Sequence record: SRR31156797_1009
Direction: 5' to 3' (one strand)
Length of the DNA stretch: 20,000 nt
Positions 8,437 through 17,356 of the stretch are shown piece by piece (the first letter of the stretch is position 1; each line of letters opens with the position of its first letter). The notes beneath the pieces were generated by a model. It made no database searches, had not been told where the DNA came from, and was given only the letters and a program-made list of their open reading frames with translations. Both the position numbers and the translations under genes were made by a program.

Positions 8437-11400
8437 TTATTTTGTATCGTTTGCTGTGTCAGACTCCATATCCAACATTGCTTCCAGATCAATAGCCGTT
8501 TCTTCAAGGGCCTGCCGCATGGAGTCTATTTCTCCATATCGAATCTCCAGTTTGGCCGGAGGAACAATACGAGTCATCTCACCACGAGCAGCAACCCATT
8601 GCATCAATTTTTCAGGACTAACAGCAATAGCGTTGTCGCTCCACGTAACAACAGCCCGCCCCGGATACAACTCCGCTCTGGCTGCCTGCAATCTGGACAA
8701 CGTCTGCTTCAATCGTAACACACCGAAAAAGGAATCCAGCTCTTCCGGCAATGCTCCAAAACGATCTCGAAGTTCCGCTTCGAATTCACGGAGTTCCAAA
8801 TCGGTAGAGGCTGATGACAACGCTTTGTAATACCGAAGTCTTTCTTTTGAATCAGGAACATATCCACTCGGAATATGCGCCTCGAAAACAAAATTAAGTT
8901 CCGGGTCACTGGCTCGCGTTTCGGCTTCGCCTCGTAACCGTCGAACCTCTTCCTCCAACATCTCCAAAAAGAGCTCCAAACCGACTTTAGCAATCTGACC
9001 AGACTGGGTCTCCCCCAAAATATTACCGGCACCACGAAGACGTAAATCTTCCATGGCCACCTTAAATCCAGCTCCCAGATAATCCATGTCCAGAATGATA
9101 CGCAAGCGTTTGCGCACAATTTCGGAAATATCCTTTATGGAGGGGACCACAAAATATGCATAGGCCTGCCGTTCACTCCGGCCAACCCGCCCTCTCAATT
9201 GATACAACTGCCCAAGACCAAACAACTGTGCCTGATCCACAATCAATGTGTTGGCATTGGGGAAATCCAACCCGGATTCAACAATGGCCGTACAGACAAG
9301 CACGTCGAGTTCACCATGCCAAAAATTACGCATGGCCTCTTCCAAAGTTTTTTCATTCATCCGTCCATGAGCCATGCCTACTTTGGCACCAGGGACCAAC
9401 TCCTTCACAAAATCAGCAACCCGCGCCAACCCGTTCACTCGGTTGTATACCCAGTAGACCTGCCCACCCCGTGCGAGCTCTCGCTCAAGCACACCCTTGA
9501 GTTCTAAAGTATCACGTTCCATAAGCGCCGTTTCAACGGGCTTACGGTCAACTGGCGGTGTCTCAATAACAGACAGCCCTCGAATCCCGGACAAGGAAAG
9601 TTGCAATGTACGAGGAATAGGTGTTGCCGTCAGAGTCAAAACATCAATATTTTGTCTGAAATGCTTAAGCTTTTCCTTATGCTTGACGCCAAACCGCTGC
9701 TCTTCATCTAATATGAGCAATCCAAGATTGGGCAACTCCACATCCTTAGACAAAAGGCGATGGGTTCCTATGAGAATATCAATCTCGCCTCTGGCTGCCG
9801 CCTCAATAATAGTCTTCTGCCGCTTGGCTGAGACGAAACGACTGAGCATGCCAACCCGAACAGGAAATCCTTCCATCCGCTTGGTGAACGTTTGATAATG
9901 CTGCTCCGCCAACACCGTAGTCGGACACAACAAGGCAGTTTGATATCCTTCCAATGCGGCACGGAAAGCTGCGCGCAAGGCAACTTCGGTCTTGCCAAAG
10001 CCAACATCACCACACACCAGCCTGTCCATGGGCTCCGGTTTTTCCATGTCACGGAAAACATCAGCCACAGCCTTATCCTGATCCGGTGTTTCTTCAAAAC
10101 CAAACGTTGCTTCGAACTCGGAATACATATCGTCCAGTGGGCCGTAACCAAACCCCTTACCCACTTTGCGAAAAGCATACATTTCGACCAATTCATGTGC
10201 AATCTTCTCAATAGCTTTGCGAACTTTGGCCGTGGTTTTACTCCAACGGGTTCCGCCAAGCTTATCCAAAGAAGGCTGTTTTGCCCCCTCAGGGCCTTTG
10301 AACCGCTGCACCAAATTAAGTCGATCTACAGGAAGATAAAGTTTATCATCGCCCGAAAAAAACAATAGCAAATAATCATTGGCACCAGCACCGATATTCA
10401 TATGATGCAATCCGCCAAACTGCGCTAATCCGTAATCTCGATGAACGAGAAGATCACCCTCGGAGAGATCCTCGTACTTTTCCAGCCCCTTAAAAGCCTT
10501 ATCTCGCCCAACATGAACTCGTGCAGCCTGCGGCTGTAAAATCTCTTCGCCAAGGATACGCGTTTGATCCCACGCCAATTCCATCCCTTTACGCAAAGGG
10601 GAGATCAACGCAAAAATTCCACGTCCGCCCGGTTTGAACTCCAAACTCATGGGCAGTTTTTCCTGTTCTGCCAGAGCTAGGAACTTACTCCGTGAACGCT
10701 GCGTCCGAAAACTAAGAATTGTGGTCTGCCCCGAACGATTCCACTCTTTCAACCCCGTCATCAACGCGGACCACGGCCTTCTTGAAGCTTCGGGCTGCCA
10801 AAAAATATCGGTAAAATCACTGTAGGGGGTCTCGCTCAGATCGATACCGACTTTCTCACGCCCGATAGTCAACTCTTCAAAAACAAGCTGTCTGGCGTCA
10901 CGCCATACTTGCCGGGCCGCTTCGTGAGTGCGCACAATAAAACGCAAAGGAAGGCTCACACCCTTCGCCCGTTCTTCTTCCTTAAGAAAATCACGCCACG
11001 CCTGATCCCGATCTTCCAACCGCGCCCGTAAGGTGCTACCAGCCGACAACAAGTATGCCGCATTCTTCGGCAAATAGGTCTCCAGCCCGACTGGATTGTC
11101 ATAGTACAATCCTGGCCAAACAAAACCGTTATTGGCATCAAGCCGTTCAATCAGGGAGTGCTCTTGCGCCGAGTTTATCTCACCGGTCTTTCGGAACTTA
11201 TCCCACATGACTGTCGCTCGTTCCGCGTAGTCGTCCGTGGTAATTCCCGGTGAAACCGGAAGCAGAACAGCTTCTGCCAAATCAGCTTTTGATCGCTGAG
11301 ATGCTGGATCGAACAACCTAATTTCTTCAAGAATGTCACCGAAAAATTCCAACCTCAATGGAAGTGCATATCCGGGCGCATGAATATCAAGAATGTCACC

Positions 11401-11922
11401 GCGCATGGCCATATCACCGGGGCCAGAGACCAACTTACGACGTACATATCCCCAACTGACAAGCTGCTCCAAAAGGATATCGGGCGACATTTCTTCGCCC
11501 TTGGTAAGAGAAACCCAATTCTCTCGCAGGACAGATTCTTCCGGCCAGTGTGGCAGGAGATTGTCGGAGGTCATAAGCACGCCACACGGCTTTTTCCCGT
11601 AGGTCAAACCGTATAAGGCTGCCCAACGTTCACTCCACGCTTGTGCATCAGGTGTTTTTGAATGATATGGAGGAAGAAAAAACCAATCGTTTTCCCAAGT
11701 CGGCCGTTCAAGCTTAGTTCCTGCATCCGAAGCAAATAGTGTCAGAAGCGCCCGCATTTCCTTAAATTCGGTAACACCGGGCACAACAAGAACCACACTG
11801 TTCCCCTTGGAAAGAAGGGACTTTGCCATAAGAGCCTGACTACCCGGTCCGCTTTTAAAAATACGAACAGAATCAGTCGCTTTGCGCATGAATTCAGATA
11901 TAGCTTTGGGATATAATGACAT
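8437..11922 (-). CDS. mfd: Transcription-repair coupling factor
   Basis: 1161 aa. UvrB-homology module (RGDILDI...RLEFFGD), RID domain (GDLLVHRDYG), helicase motifs CGDVGFGKT, DEEQRFGV, TATPIPRTL and QLRGRVGRS, and TRG motif DLRLRGAGNILG. Confidence 0.97.
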   Translation of the reverse strand: MSLYPKAISEFMRKATDSVRIFKSGPGSQALMAKSLLSKGNSVVLVVPGVTEFKEMRALLTLFASDAGTKLERPTWENDWFFLPPYHSKTPDAQAWSERWAALYGLTYGKKPCGVLMTSDNLLPHWPEESVLRENWVSLTKGEEMSPDILLEQLVSWGYVRRKLVSGPGDMAMRGDILDIHAPGYALPLRLEFFGDILEEIRLFDPASQRSKADLAEAVLLPVSPGITTDDYAERATVMWDKFRKTGEINSAQEHSLIERLDANNGFVWPGLYYDNPVGLETYLPKNAAYLLSAGSTLRARLEDRDQAWRDFLKEEERAKGVSLPLRFIVRTHEAARQVWRDARQLVFEELTIGREKVGIDLSETPYSDFTDIFWQPEASRRPWSALMTGLKEWNRSGQTTILSFRTQRSRSKFLALAEQEKLPMSLEFKPGGRGIFALISPLRKGMELAWDQTRILGEEILQPQAARVHVGRDKAFKGLEKYEDLSEGDLLVHRDYGLAQFGGLHHMNIGAGANDYLLLFFSGDDKLYLPVDRLNLVQRFKGPEGAKQPSLDKLGGTRWSKTTAKVRKAIEKIAHELVEMYAFRKVGKGFGYGPLDDMYSEFEATFGFEETPDQDKAVADVFRDMEKPEPMDRLVCGDVGFGKTEVALRAAFRAALEGYQTALLCPTTVLAEQHYQTFTKRMEGFPVRVGMLSRFVSAKRQKTIIEAAARGEIDILIGTHRLLSKDVELPNLGLLILDEEQRFGVKHKEKLKHFRQNIDVLTLTATPIPRTLQLSLSGIRGLSVIETPPVDRKPVETALMERDTLELKGVLERELARGGQVYWVYNRVNGLARVADFVKELVPGAKVGMAHGRMNEKTLEEAMRNFWHGELDVLVCTAIVESGLDFPNANTLIVDQAQLFGLGQLYQLRGRVGRSERQAYAYFVVPSIKDISEIVRKRLRIILDMDYLGAGFKVAMEDLRLRGAGNILGETQSGQIAKVGLELFLEMLEEEVRRLRGEAETRASDPELNFVFEAHIPSGYVPDSKERLRYYKALSSASTDLELREFEAELRDRFGALPEELDSFFGVLRLKQTLSRLQAARAELYPGRAVVTWSDNAIAVSPEKLMQWVAARGEMTRIVPPAKLEIRYGEIDSMRQALEETAIDLEAMLDMESDTANDTK

Positions 11923-11967
11923 GGTGTGTCTGGTTGAGAGCTTTCAATATCTCTGGTTGAAAAATGG

Positions 11968-12004
11968 AAAAGCCGCCTTCTCCCTATCGGGAGTAAAGCG
12001 GCTT
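11968..12004 (-). terminator. Rho-independent terminator downstream of cheW
   Basis: Minus strand AAGCCGCTTTACTCCC-GATA-GGGAGAAGGCGGCTT followed by TTCCATTTT. Confidence 0.7.
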
Positions 12005-12025
12005 GTCAGCAAATATCTACAAGCG

Positions 12026-12526
12026 TTAAACGTTGCCCAACGCTTCCTTCTCCTCATTATCAAGCAAAGAATCCAAATCCAACAGGATAAGAAGTCTGTC
12101 ATCAAGTTTTCCCACACCATCAATATAATCGGAATCCATGCCAGCAACCATGGGTGGTGGGGGTTGAACTGAATTGGCGGGAATTCGTAAAACTTCGGAG
12201 ACAGCATCAACCACAAATCCCACGATTATCATATCAATTTCGATAACAATGATACGGGTATATTTATCGTGATCTTTGGACTGAAGCCCAAAACGACGCC
12301 GCATATCCACAATGGGAATGACTTTACCGCGTAAATTGATGACACCTTCAACAAACTCAGGCGCACGCGGAACATTGGTGATCTCCATTGTACGGATGAT
12401 CTCCTGCACCTGAAGGATATTGACGCCGAACTCCTCTTCACCGATGCTAAACGTCACCAGTTGAGTCAACTCCTGATCGGCCTCGACTCCCTTGACATCG
12501 CCAACTTCTTCAATTTCAAGGCTCAT
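12026..12526 (-). CDS. cheW: Chemotaxis adaptor protein CheW
   Basis: QLVTFSIGEEEFGVNILQVQEI, VPRAPEFVEGVINLRGKVIPIVD and GFVVDAVSEV. Start reassigned to ATG at 12526 (GGAG SD 5 nt upstream), giving 166 aa. Confidence 0.95.
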   Translation of the reverse strand: MSLEIEEVGDVKGVEADQELTQLVTFSIGEEEFGVNILQVQEIIRTMEITNVPRAPEFVEGVINLRGKVIPIVDMRRRFGLQSKDHDKYTRIIVIEIDMIIVGFVVDAVSEVLRIPANSVQPPPPMVAGMDSDYIDGVGKLDDRLLILLDLDSLLDNEEKEALGNV

Positions 12527-12629
12527 GACAACTCCATCCTCAATGGCTCGGTCCAAATACAATTTATCACAATTTTCAATCATTGAATTTGTCAACAGCA
12601 CCGTTTTTTGTCAATCAGAATCTCCATGT

Positions 12630-12647
12630 CTGTGAAATATTTGACAA
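12630..12647. promoter_or_regulatory. Putative Rex/CRP-type palindromic operator
   Basis: CTGTGAAATATTTGACAA differs at 2 of 18 positions from the perfect palindrome TTGTGAAATATTTCACAA (Rex-type TTGTGAA-N4-TTCACAA). Confidence 0.5.
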
Positions 12648-12756
12648 GACGTTCCTCTTTCTTTGCATCCTACTGCAATCATTTGAACAGCATCTTTTTT
12701 TATCAATGAATAAGGTCTGTTGAATCATTTATAATATCCCGTGAGTTAAAGTCTTA

Positions 12757-12785
12757 TTGACGATAAAATAAGAAACGACTAACGT
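12757..12785 (+). promoter_or_regulatory. Putative sigma70 promoter of the small acidic ORF
   Basis: TTGACG (12757-12762), 17-nt spacer, TAACGT (12780-12785). Confidence 0.45.
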
Positions 12786-12837
12786 AAGTTCCGCACTGCA
12801 TCTATTTGTTTGATTTTTTTGACTTTTTACAAACAGG

Positions 12838-13068
12838 ATGGACCTTTCGCCTATGGGCCAATACGCAAATTTCAGTGACCAACATACCCTTGAGGAACAG
12901 GTCAAGAATCTGGCTGACGAAGAACTGCTCGACTTCTGGGAAGAAACTCAACAACTTGCCAAAATGTTGGATCAGGAAGAACAAGCCGATTTCGAATATA
13001 ACCCTGAATATGAACGCGTCATATTACAAGAATTACAATACCGGACCTGCTTCAAAAGCCAATTTTAG
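12838..13068 (+). CDS. Small acidic hypothetical protein (76 aa; start may be Met1 or Met6)
   Basis: Fills the gap between cheW and ugd, has a helical protein-like composition (LEEQVKNLADEELLDFWEETQ...PEYERVILQELQYR), and is flanked by a candidate promoter and a strong terminator. Confidence 0.75.
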   Translation: MDLSPMGQYANFSDQHTLEEQVKNLADEELLDFWEETQQLAKMLDQEEQADFEYNPEYERVILQELQYRTCFKSQF

Positions 13069-13082
13069 CAGCACAAAGTATG

Positions 13083-13121
13083 AAAAACTCCCCGCTTCAA
13101 TTGAGGCGGGGAGTTTTTTTT
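13083..13121. terminator. Bidirectional Rho-independent terminator between the small ORF and ugd
   Basis: AAAAACTCCCCGCTTC-AATT-GAGGCGGGGAGTTTTTTTT: a GC-rich stem with A- and T-tracts on the two sides, between convergent genes. Confidence 0.9.
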
Positions 13122-13157
13122 GTACCTTCTAAAGGACTCTAAAAATACAGCAAAACG

Positions 13158-14495
13158 TTATTTCACCGGCATTCTACCAATGCTGAAATACGCAAAACCG
13201 GCCTGTCCCATCCGTTCAGGTTGATAAAGATTCCGACCATCAAAAACAAGCGGAGCCTTCATAGCACTCTTGATACGCTCAAAATCAGGGTCTCTAAACT
13301 GATTCCAATCAGTCACAACAGCCAGCGCATCCGCACCATCCAGCACATCATATTCGTCATCCATGATTTCCAACCCTTCAAGATGGCCAACTTCCTCACG
13401 AGCACGCTCGTTGGCCACAGGGTCAAAAGCACGAACCTTCATGCCGAGAGCGGTCAAATTCTTGATAACCTCAATGGCAGATGCCTCACGGATATCGTCA
13501 GTGTTGGCTTTGAAGGCGATACCCCAAACAGCCAAACAACGTCCGTCTACCCCGCCCTGCGGTTCAAAATATTCTTTGATCTTGTCGGCAAGGACATGCT
13601 TTTGCTTATTATTGACCTCATCCACTGATCGAATGAGCTTGGCATCATAACCATTTTCGGCAGCAGTACCGATAAGGGCTTTGACATCTTTGGGGAAACA
13701 GGAACCACCGTAACCGACACCGGGGTAAATAAAGCTATAACCGATACGGCTGTCAGAACCGATACCTGCACGCACTTCGGACACATCGGCCCCAACGCGT
13801 TCACAAATGTTAGCGACTTCGTTGATGAAAGAGATCTTTGTGGCAAGCATACAGTTGGCGGCATACTTGGTCATTTCGGCAGAACGAACTCCCATAACGA
13901 TAAGTTTTTCGCGACTGCGAGCAAAAGGACCATACAAATTTTGCAACGCCTTTGCGGAATTTTCATCTTCAGTACCGACAATCACACGATCCGGCTTCAT
14001 GAAATCATTAACAGCATCACCCTCTTTCAAGAACTCGGGGTTGGAAACCACGTCGAAGTCAATGGACTCACCGCGCTTTTCCAACTCGTCTGCAATGATA
14101 CCACGAACACGATCAGCAGTACCAACTGGGACCGTGGACTTGTCCACGACAATTTTCGGACTCGTCATACGCTGACCTATTTCACGGGCCACCGCATCAA
14201 CATAAGAAAGATCACAGGAACCATCATCGCCGCACGGCGTACCAACAGTAATAAAAACGACTTCCGCTTCAGCCAAACCTTCACCAAGGTCAGTTGTGAA
14301 AGTCAGTCGGCCCTGTTCAGTGTTGCGTTTAACCAAATCTTCAAGACCTGGCTCGTAAATATGGACTTGGCCATTTCTCAAGGTCTCAACCACCTTGGGG
14401 TTGACGTCCACACAATAAATATTGTTACCCATTTCGGCAAAGCAGGCTGCGGAAACAAGGCCCACATACCCAGTGCCAACGATACATACGTTCAT
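13158..14495 (-). CDS. ugd: UDP-glucose 6-dehydrogenase (UDP-glucose/GDP-mannose dehydrogenase family)
   Basis: 445 aa with Rossmann GTGYVG, KSTVPVGT, SNPEFLKEG, catalytic GYGGSCFPKD and AFKANTDDIRE. Confidence 0.95.
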   Translation of the reverse strand: MNVCIVGTGYVGLVSAACFAEMGNNIYCVDVNPKVVETLRNGQVHIYEPGLEDLVKRNTEQGRLTFTTDLGEGLAEAEVVFITVGTPCGDDGSCDLSYVDAVAREIGQRMTSPKIVVDKSTVPVGTADRVRGIIADELEKRGESIDFDVVSNPEFLKEGDAVNDFMKPDRVIVGTEDENSAKALQNLYGPFARSREKLIVMGVRSAEMTKYAANCMLATKISFINEVANICERVGADVSEVRAGIGSDSRIGYSFIYPGVGYGGSCFPKDVKALIGTAAENGYDAKLIRSVDEVNNKQKHVLADKIKEYFEPQGGVDGRCLAVWGIAFKANTDDIREASAIEVIKNLTALGMKVRAFDPVANERAREEVGHLEGLEIMDDEYDVLDGADALAVVTDWNQFRDPDFERIKSAMKAPLVFDGRNLYQPERMGQAGFAYFSIGRMPVK

Positions 14496-14605
14496 AGCGT
14501 TACAGCTCCCAATGGTATTTCAAATCAATAACAGGCCAAGGCGATACCCCTTGGCCCGTTTTCATGTCAATAGAATCATAAATCGATACCCGATTGTCAC
14601 AACTA

Positions 14606-14634
14606 TTGCCATTCAAATCAAGAAGGCTTAATAT
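14606..14634 (+). promoter_or_regulatory. Putative sigma70 promoter of the pdxJ operon
   Basis: TTGCCA (14606-14611), 17-nt spacer, TAATAT (14629-14634), about 40 nt upstream of the pdxJ ATG. Confidence 0.55.
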
Positions 14635-14675
14635 TTGAGGATATCACTTTATTGCACTGTTTGGAGGAAATAATA

Positions 14676-15401
14676 ATGCCGGTACTCGTTGTCAACGTCG
14701 ATCATGTGGCCACCCTACGTCAGGCCAGAATGGGCATAGAGCCTGAACCCGTCACTGCTGCCTATATGGCTGAAATGGCGGGAGCCACTGGAATAATTGT
14801 CCATCTTCGTGAAGATCGTCGCCACATTCAGGACAGAGATGTAGAACTTATCAAACAGACATGTAACACACGATTGCATCTAGAAATGGCGGCCACACAA
14901 GAAATGCAGTCCATTGCTTTAAATATAGAACCTGAAATGGTCTGTATGGTACCAGAAAAACGACAGGAATTGACCACTGAAGGCGGATTGAACTGCATTG
15001 GCCGTGAAGATGAATTGCGTGACTTTCTCGCCCCCATCCACGCTAAAGGCATCCGTTCCAGCCTGTTTATTGATGCTGATCCCAAACAAATTCAAGCGGC
15101 ACAGGCCACCGGGGCAGAATATATTGAAATCCATACCGGTCATTATGCGGATGCTAAAGAAATTGATGCACGCAATGAAGAATTGGAAAAGATCCTTAAA
15201 GGTGTCGCACTAGCCACAGACATTGGCCTCAAAGTCAATCTCGGTCATGGCCTGAATTACCGAAACATTCTAAACTTCAAAGATGTTCCCGGCATCAAGG
15301 AATACTCCATAGGACATTCCATTATGGCCCGCGCCATATATGTCGGACTTGATCAAGCCGTGCGCGATATGACGAACCTTGTCAGGACTTTTGCGGACTA
15401 A
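14676..15401 (+). CDS. pdxJ: Pyridoxine 5'-phosphate synthase
   Basis: [53 protein letters not shown] and IGHSI. Start reassigned to ATG at 14676 behind GGAGG. Confidence 0.97.
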   Translation: MPVLVVNVDHVATLRQARMGIEPEPVTAAYMAEMAGATGIIVHLREDRRHIQDRDVELIKQTCNTRLHLEMAATQEMQSIALNIEPEMVCMVPEKRQELTTEGGLNCIGREDELRDFLAPIHAKGIRSSLFIDADPKQIQAAQATGAEYIEIHTGHYADAKEIDARNEELEKILKGVALATDIGLKVNLGHGLNYRNILNFKDVPGIKEYSIGHSIMARAIYVGLDQAVRDMTNLVRTFAD

Positions 15402-15403
15402 CC

Positions 15404-15778
15404 ATGATCAAAGGCATCGGCATAGACCTTGCGGAACTGGACCGCATCGAAGAGTTGTGGGACCGGTACGGCATGAAGTTCGCTCACCGAATTTTGACCG
15501 ACCGCGAGGCCGAACAATTACCCAAGAAATATCCAACCAAACGCTTGGCCGCGTTGTTTGCTGGAAAAGAAGCAGCGGTCAAGGCGTTGGGAACCGGGTT
15601 TGCCCAAGGTATTCACTTCAAGTGTATTGAAATACTTCACGCGCCAAGCGGTAAACCCGAAATCACTTTTTTGCATAACGGTCTAGAAGAATGCAAAAAA
15701 CAAGGTATCACCGCCGCACACATATCCTTGACTCATTCCCGTGACACCGCTGGTGCCACCGTGATATTGGAAGGATAG
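15404..15778 (+). CDS. acpS: Holo-[acyl-carrier-protein] synthase
   Basis: GIGIDL, FAGKEAAVKALGTG, GKP and HISLTHS. Classic pdxJ-acpS pair with a 2-nt gap. Confidence 0.95.
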   Translation: MIKGIGIDLAELDRIEELWDRYGMKFAHRILTDREAEQLPKKYPTKRLAALFAGKEAAVKALGTGFAQGIHFKCIEILHAPSGKPEITFLHNGLEECKKQGITAAHISLTHSRDTAGATVILEG

Positions 15779-15805
15779 ATTCATATAACCAACGTGGGAG
15801 ATTGC

Positions 15806-17356
15806 ATGCTGCTGCCCCTTCCGACACCGGCCGAAATGGTCATCTGGGACCGAGAAACCATTGACTCCATTGGTATCCCGGGCATCACGCTCATGGAATC
15901 CGCCAGCCACGAAGCCGTTAACGTAATCATTGAAGAATACGGCTCCGTGGATGGAGCGGACATTTTCTGCTTTGTCGGCTCCGGCAACAACGGCGGAGAC
16001 GGGTTGGCAATTGCGCGCCATCTGACGGACCTTGGTGCAAACATAACTGTTTTTCATACCAAACCACAAAAGGAATATAAGGGTGAAACTCGCACCAACC
16101 TTTTGTGGGCGCAAAAACTGGACATTTCACTCAAACACCTTGCCTCAACCGATATTAATGGCCTCCATCAGCCTGATATCATTATCGACGCACTGCTTGG
16201 CACCGGCTTTTCCGGCGAACTTCGACAGGATTATATTAGGTTAATTCAAACTATAAATAGACTGGGTGAGCGGGCATTTGTACTGGCTGTAGATGTTCCT
16301 TCTGGGTTGAACGGTTTAACCGGTATACCCCAACCCGAAGCAGTTGTAGCTGATGCAACGGCCACATTCGAGGCTCCAAAGCTCGGCCTCGTCATGCCGG
16401 AGGCAGAGGGTTTCGTCGGCAATATTCACGTATGTCCTATCGGCATTCCATTAAAAATACAGAATGAGTATGGTGTTGATCATCATCTTATCACCGGGGA
16501 AATCATGAACCTCATTCCCCTCCCTACTCCGACCATGCACAAAGGCAAGGCTGGACATGTTCTTATCGTTGGAGGCAGTCAGGGACTGACCGGCGCACCT
16601 CATCTGGCTGCACTGGGAACGCTGCGAAGTGGTGCCGGACTAGTGACCATAGCCTGTCCCGCAGACTTGGCAGATTCCGTCAAATGCGGAAGGCCGGAGA
16701 TCATGACCCTCCCCTTGGGGTCCGGCGCAACATGGGAACAGGGAATGGTAAACCCTCTACTTAAAGAATTAAACCGATTCGACACCGTTGTTCTTGGACC
16801 CGGCATAGGAAGAACACTTGAAACACAGGCCTTTATCAATGCTTTCATCAAAGGATGCACATGCTCACTGGTTCTGGATGCCGACGCACTATTCGCAATA
16901 GCGCAATCCCCGGAACTACTGGACGCACTCCCTGAGCACACCGTACTGACACCACACCCCGGTGAAATGGCTCGGCTGCTCAAGACACAATCGGCAGCCA
17001 TCCAAACAGATAGATTGCAGGCGGTACGTTCTTTTTCCAAAACTTCTGACGCTACGCTGGTTCTAAAAGGAGCCGGAACAGTGGTGTCCGACAGTGAATT
17101 AACCTGTCTCAGTCCGTTTTCTGAACCCAATCTGGCGGTAGGCGGATCAGGTGACGTCCTTTCGGGCGTTATCGGCTCGCTTCTGGCTCAAAACATTCCC
17201 CCAATGCAAGCCGCCTGCCTCGGAGTGTACTGGCACGGCTTGGCCGGTAACGCCCTAAATGAAAAATTTCCCCTGCGCGGCAACCTCCCTTCCGAGATCG
17301 CGCACATGTTGCCTGTTGTGGCAACACCAACAAACGAGGAGTACTCACCATGCTGA
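15806..17356 (+). CDS. nnr: Bifunctional NAD(P)H-hydrate epimerase/dehydratase (YjeF)
   Basis: YjeF_N motifs GSGNNGGDG, DALLGTG and DVPSG; YjeF_C motifs HKGKAGHVLIVGGS, DADAL, LTPHPGEMARL and GGSGDVLSG. ATG at 15806 behind GGGAG. Confidence 0.95.
   Translation: MLLPLPTPAEMVIWDRETIDSIGIPGITLMESASHEAVNVIIEEYGSVDGADIFCFVGSGNNGGDGLAIARHLTDLGANITVFHTKPQKEYKGETRTNLLWAQKLDISLKHLASTDINGLHQPDIIIDALLGTGFSGELRQDYIRLIQTINRLGERAFVLAVDVPSGLNGLTGIPQPEAVVADATATFEAPKLGLVMPEAEGFVGNIHVCPIGIPLKIQNEYGVDHHLITGEIMNLIPLPTPTMHKGKAGHVLIVGGSQGLTGAPHLAALGTLRSGAGLVTIACPADLADSVKCGRPEIMTLPLGSGATWEQGMVNPLLKELNRFDTVVLGPGIGRTLETQAFINAFIKGCTCSLVLDADALFAIAQSPELLDALPEHTVLTPHPGEMARLLKTQSAAIQTDRLQAVRSFSKTSDATLVLKGAGTVVSDSELTCLSPFSEPNLAVGGSGDVLSGVIGSLLAQNIPPMQAACLGVYWHGLAGNALNEKFPLRGNLPSEIAHMLPVVATPTNEEYSPC

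Noticed and set aside
12527..12601. 25-aa N-terminal extension of CheW in the ORF track (similar extensions on the surA-like gene, pdxJ, nnr and lysC)
   Set aside because: Downstream starts have better SD sequences and/or match the family N-termini, so the extensions are longest-ORF artefacts.
12806..13132. 108-aa alternative-frame ORF overlapping the small acidic gene
   Set aside because: It has a TTG start without an SD and reads through the terminator. The 76-aa frame ends just before the terminator and looks more protein-like.
13221..14531. Several plus-strand ORFs (135, 122 and 196 aa) opposite ugd
   Set aside because: They are antisense shadows of a well-conserved gene with no independent support.
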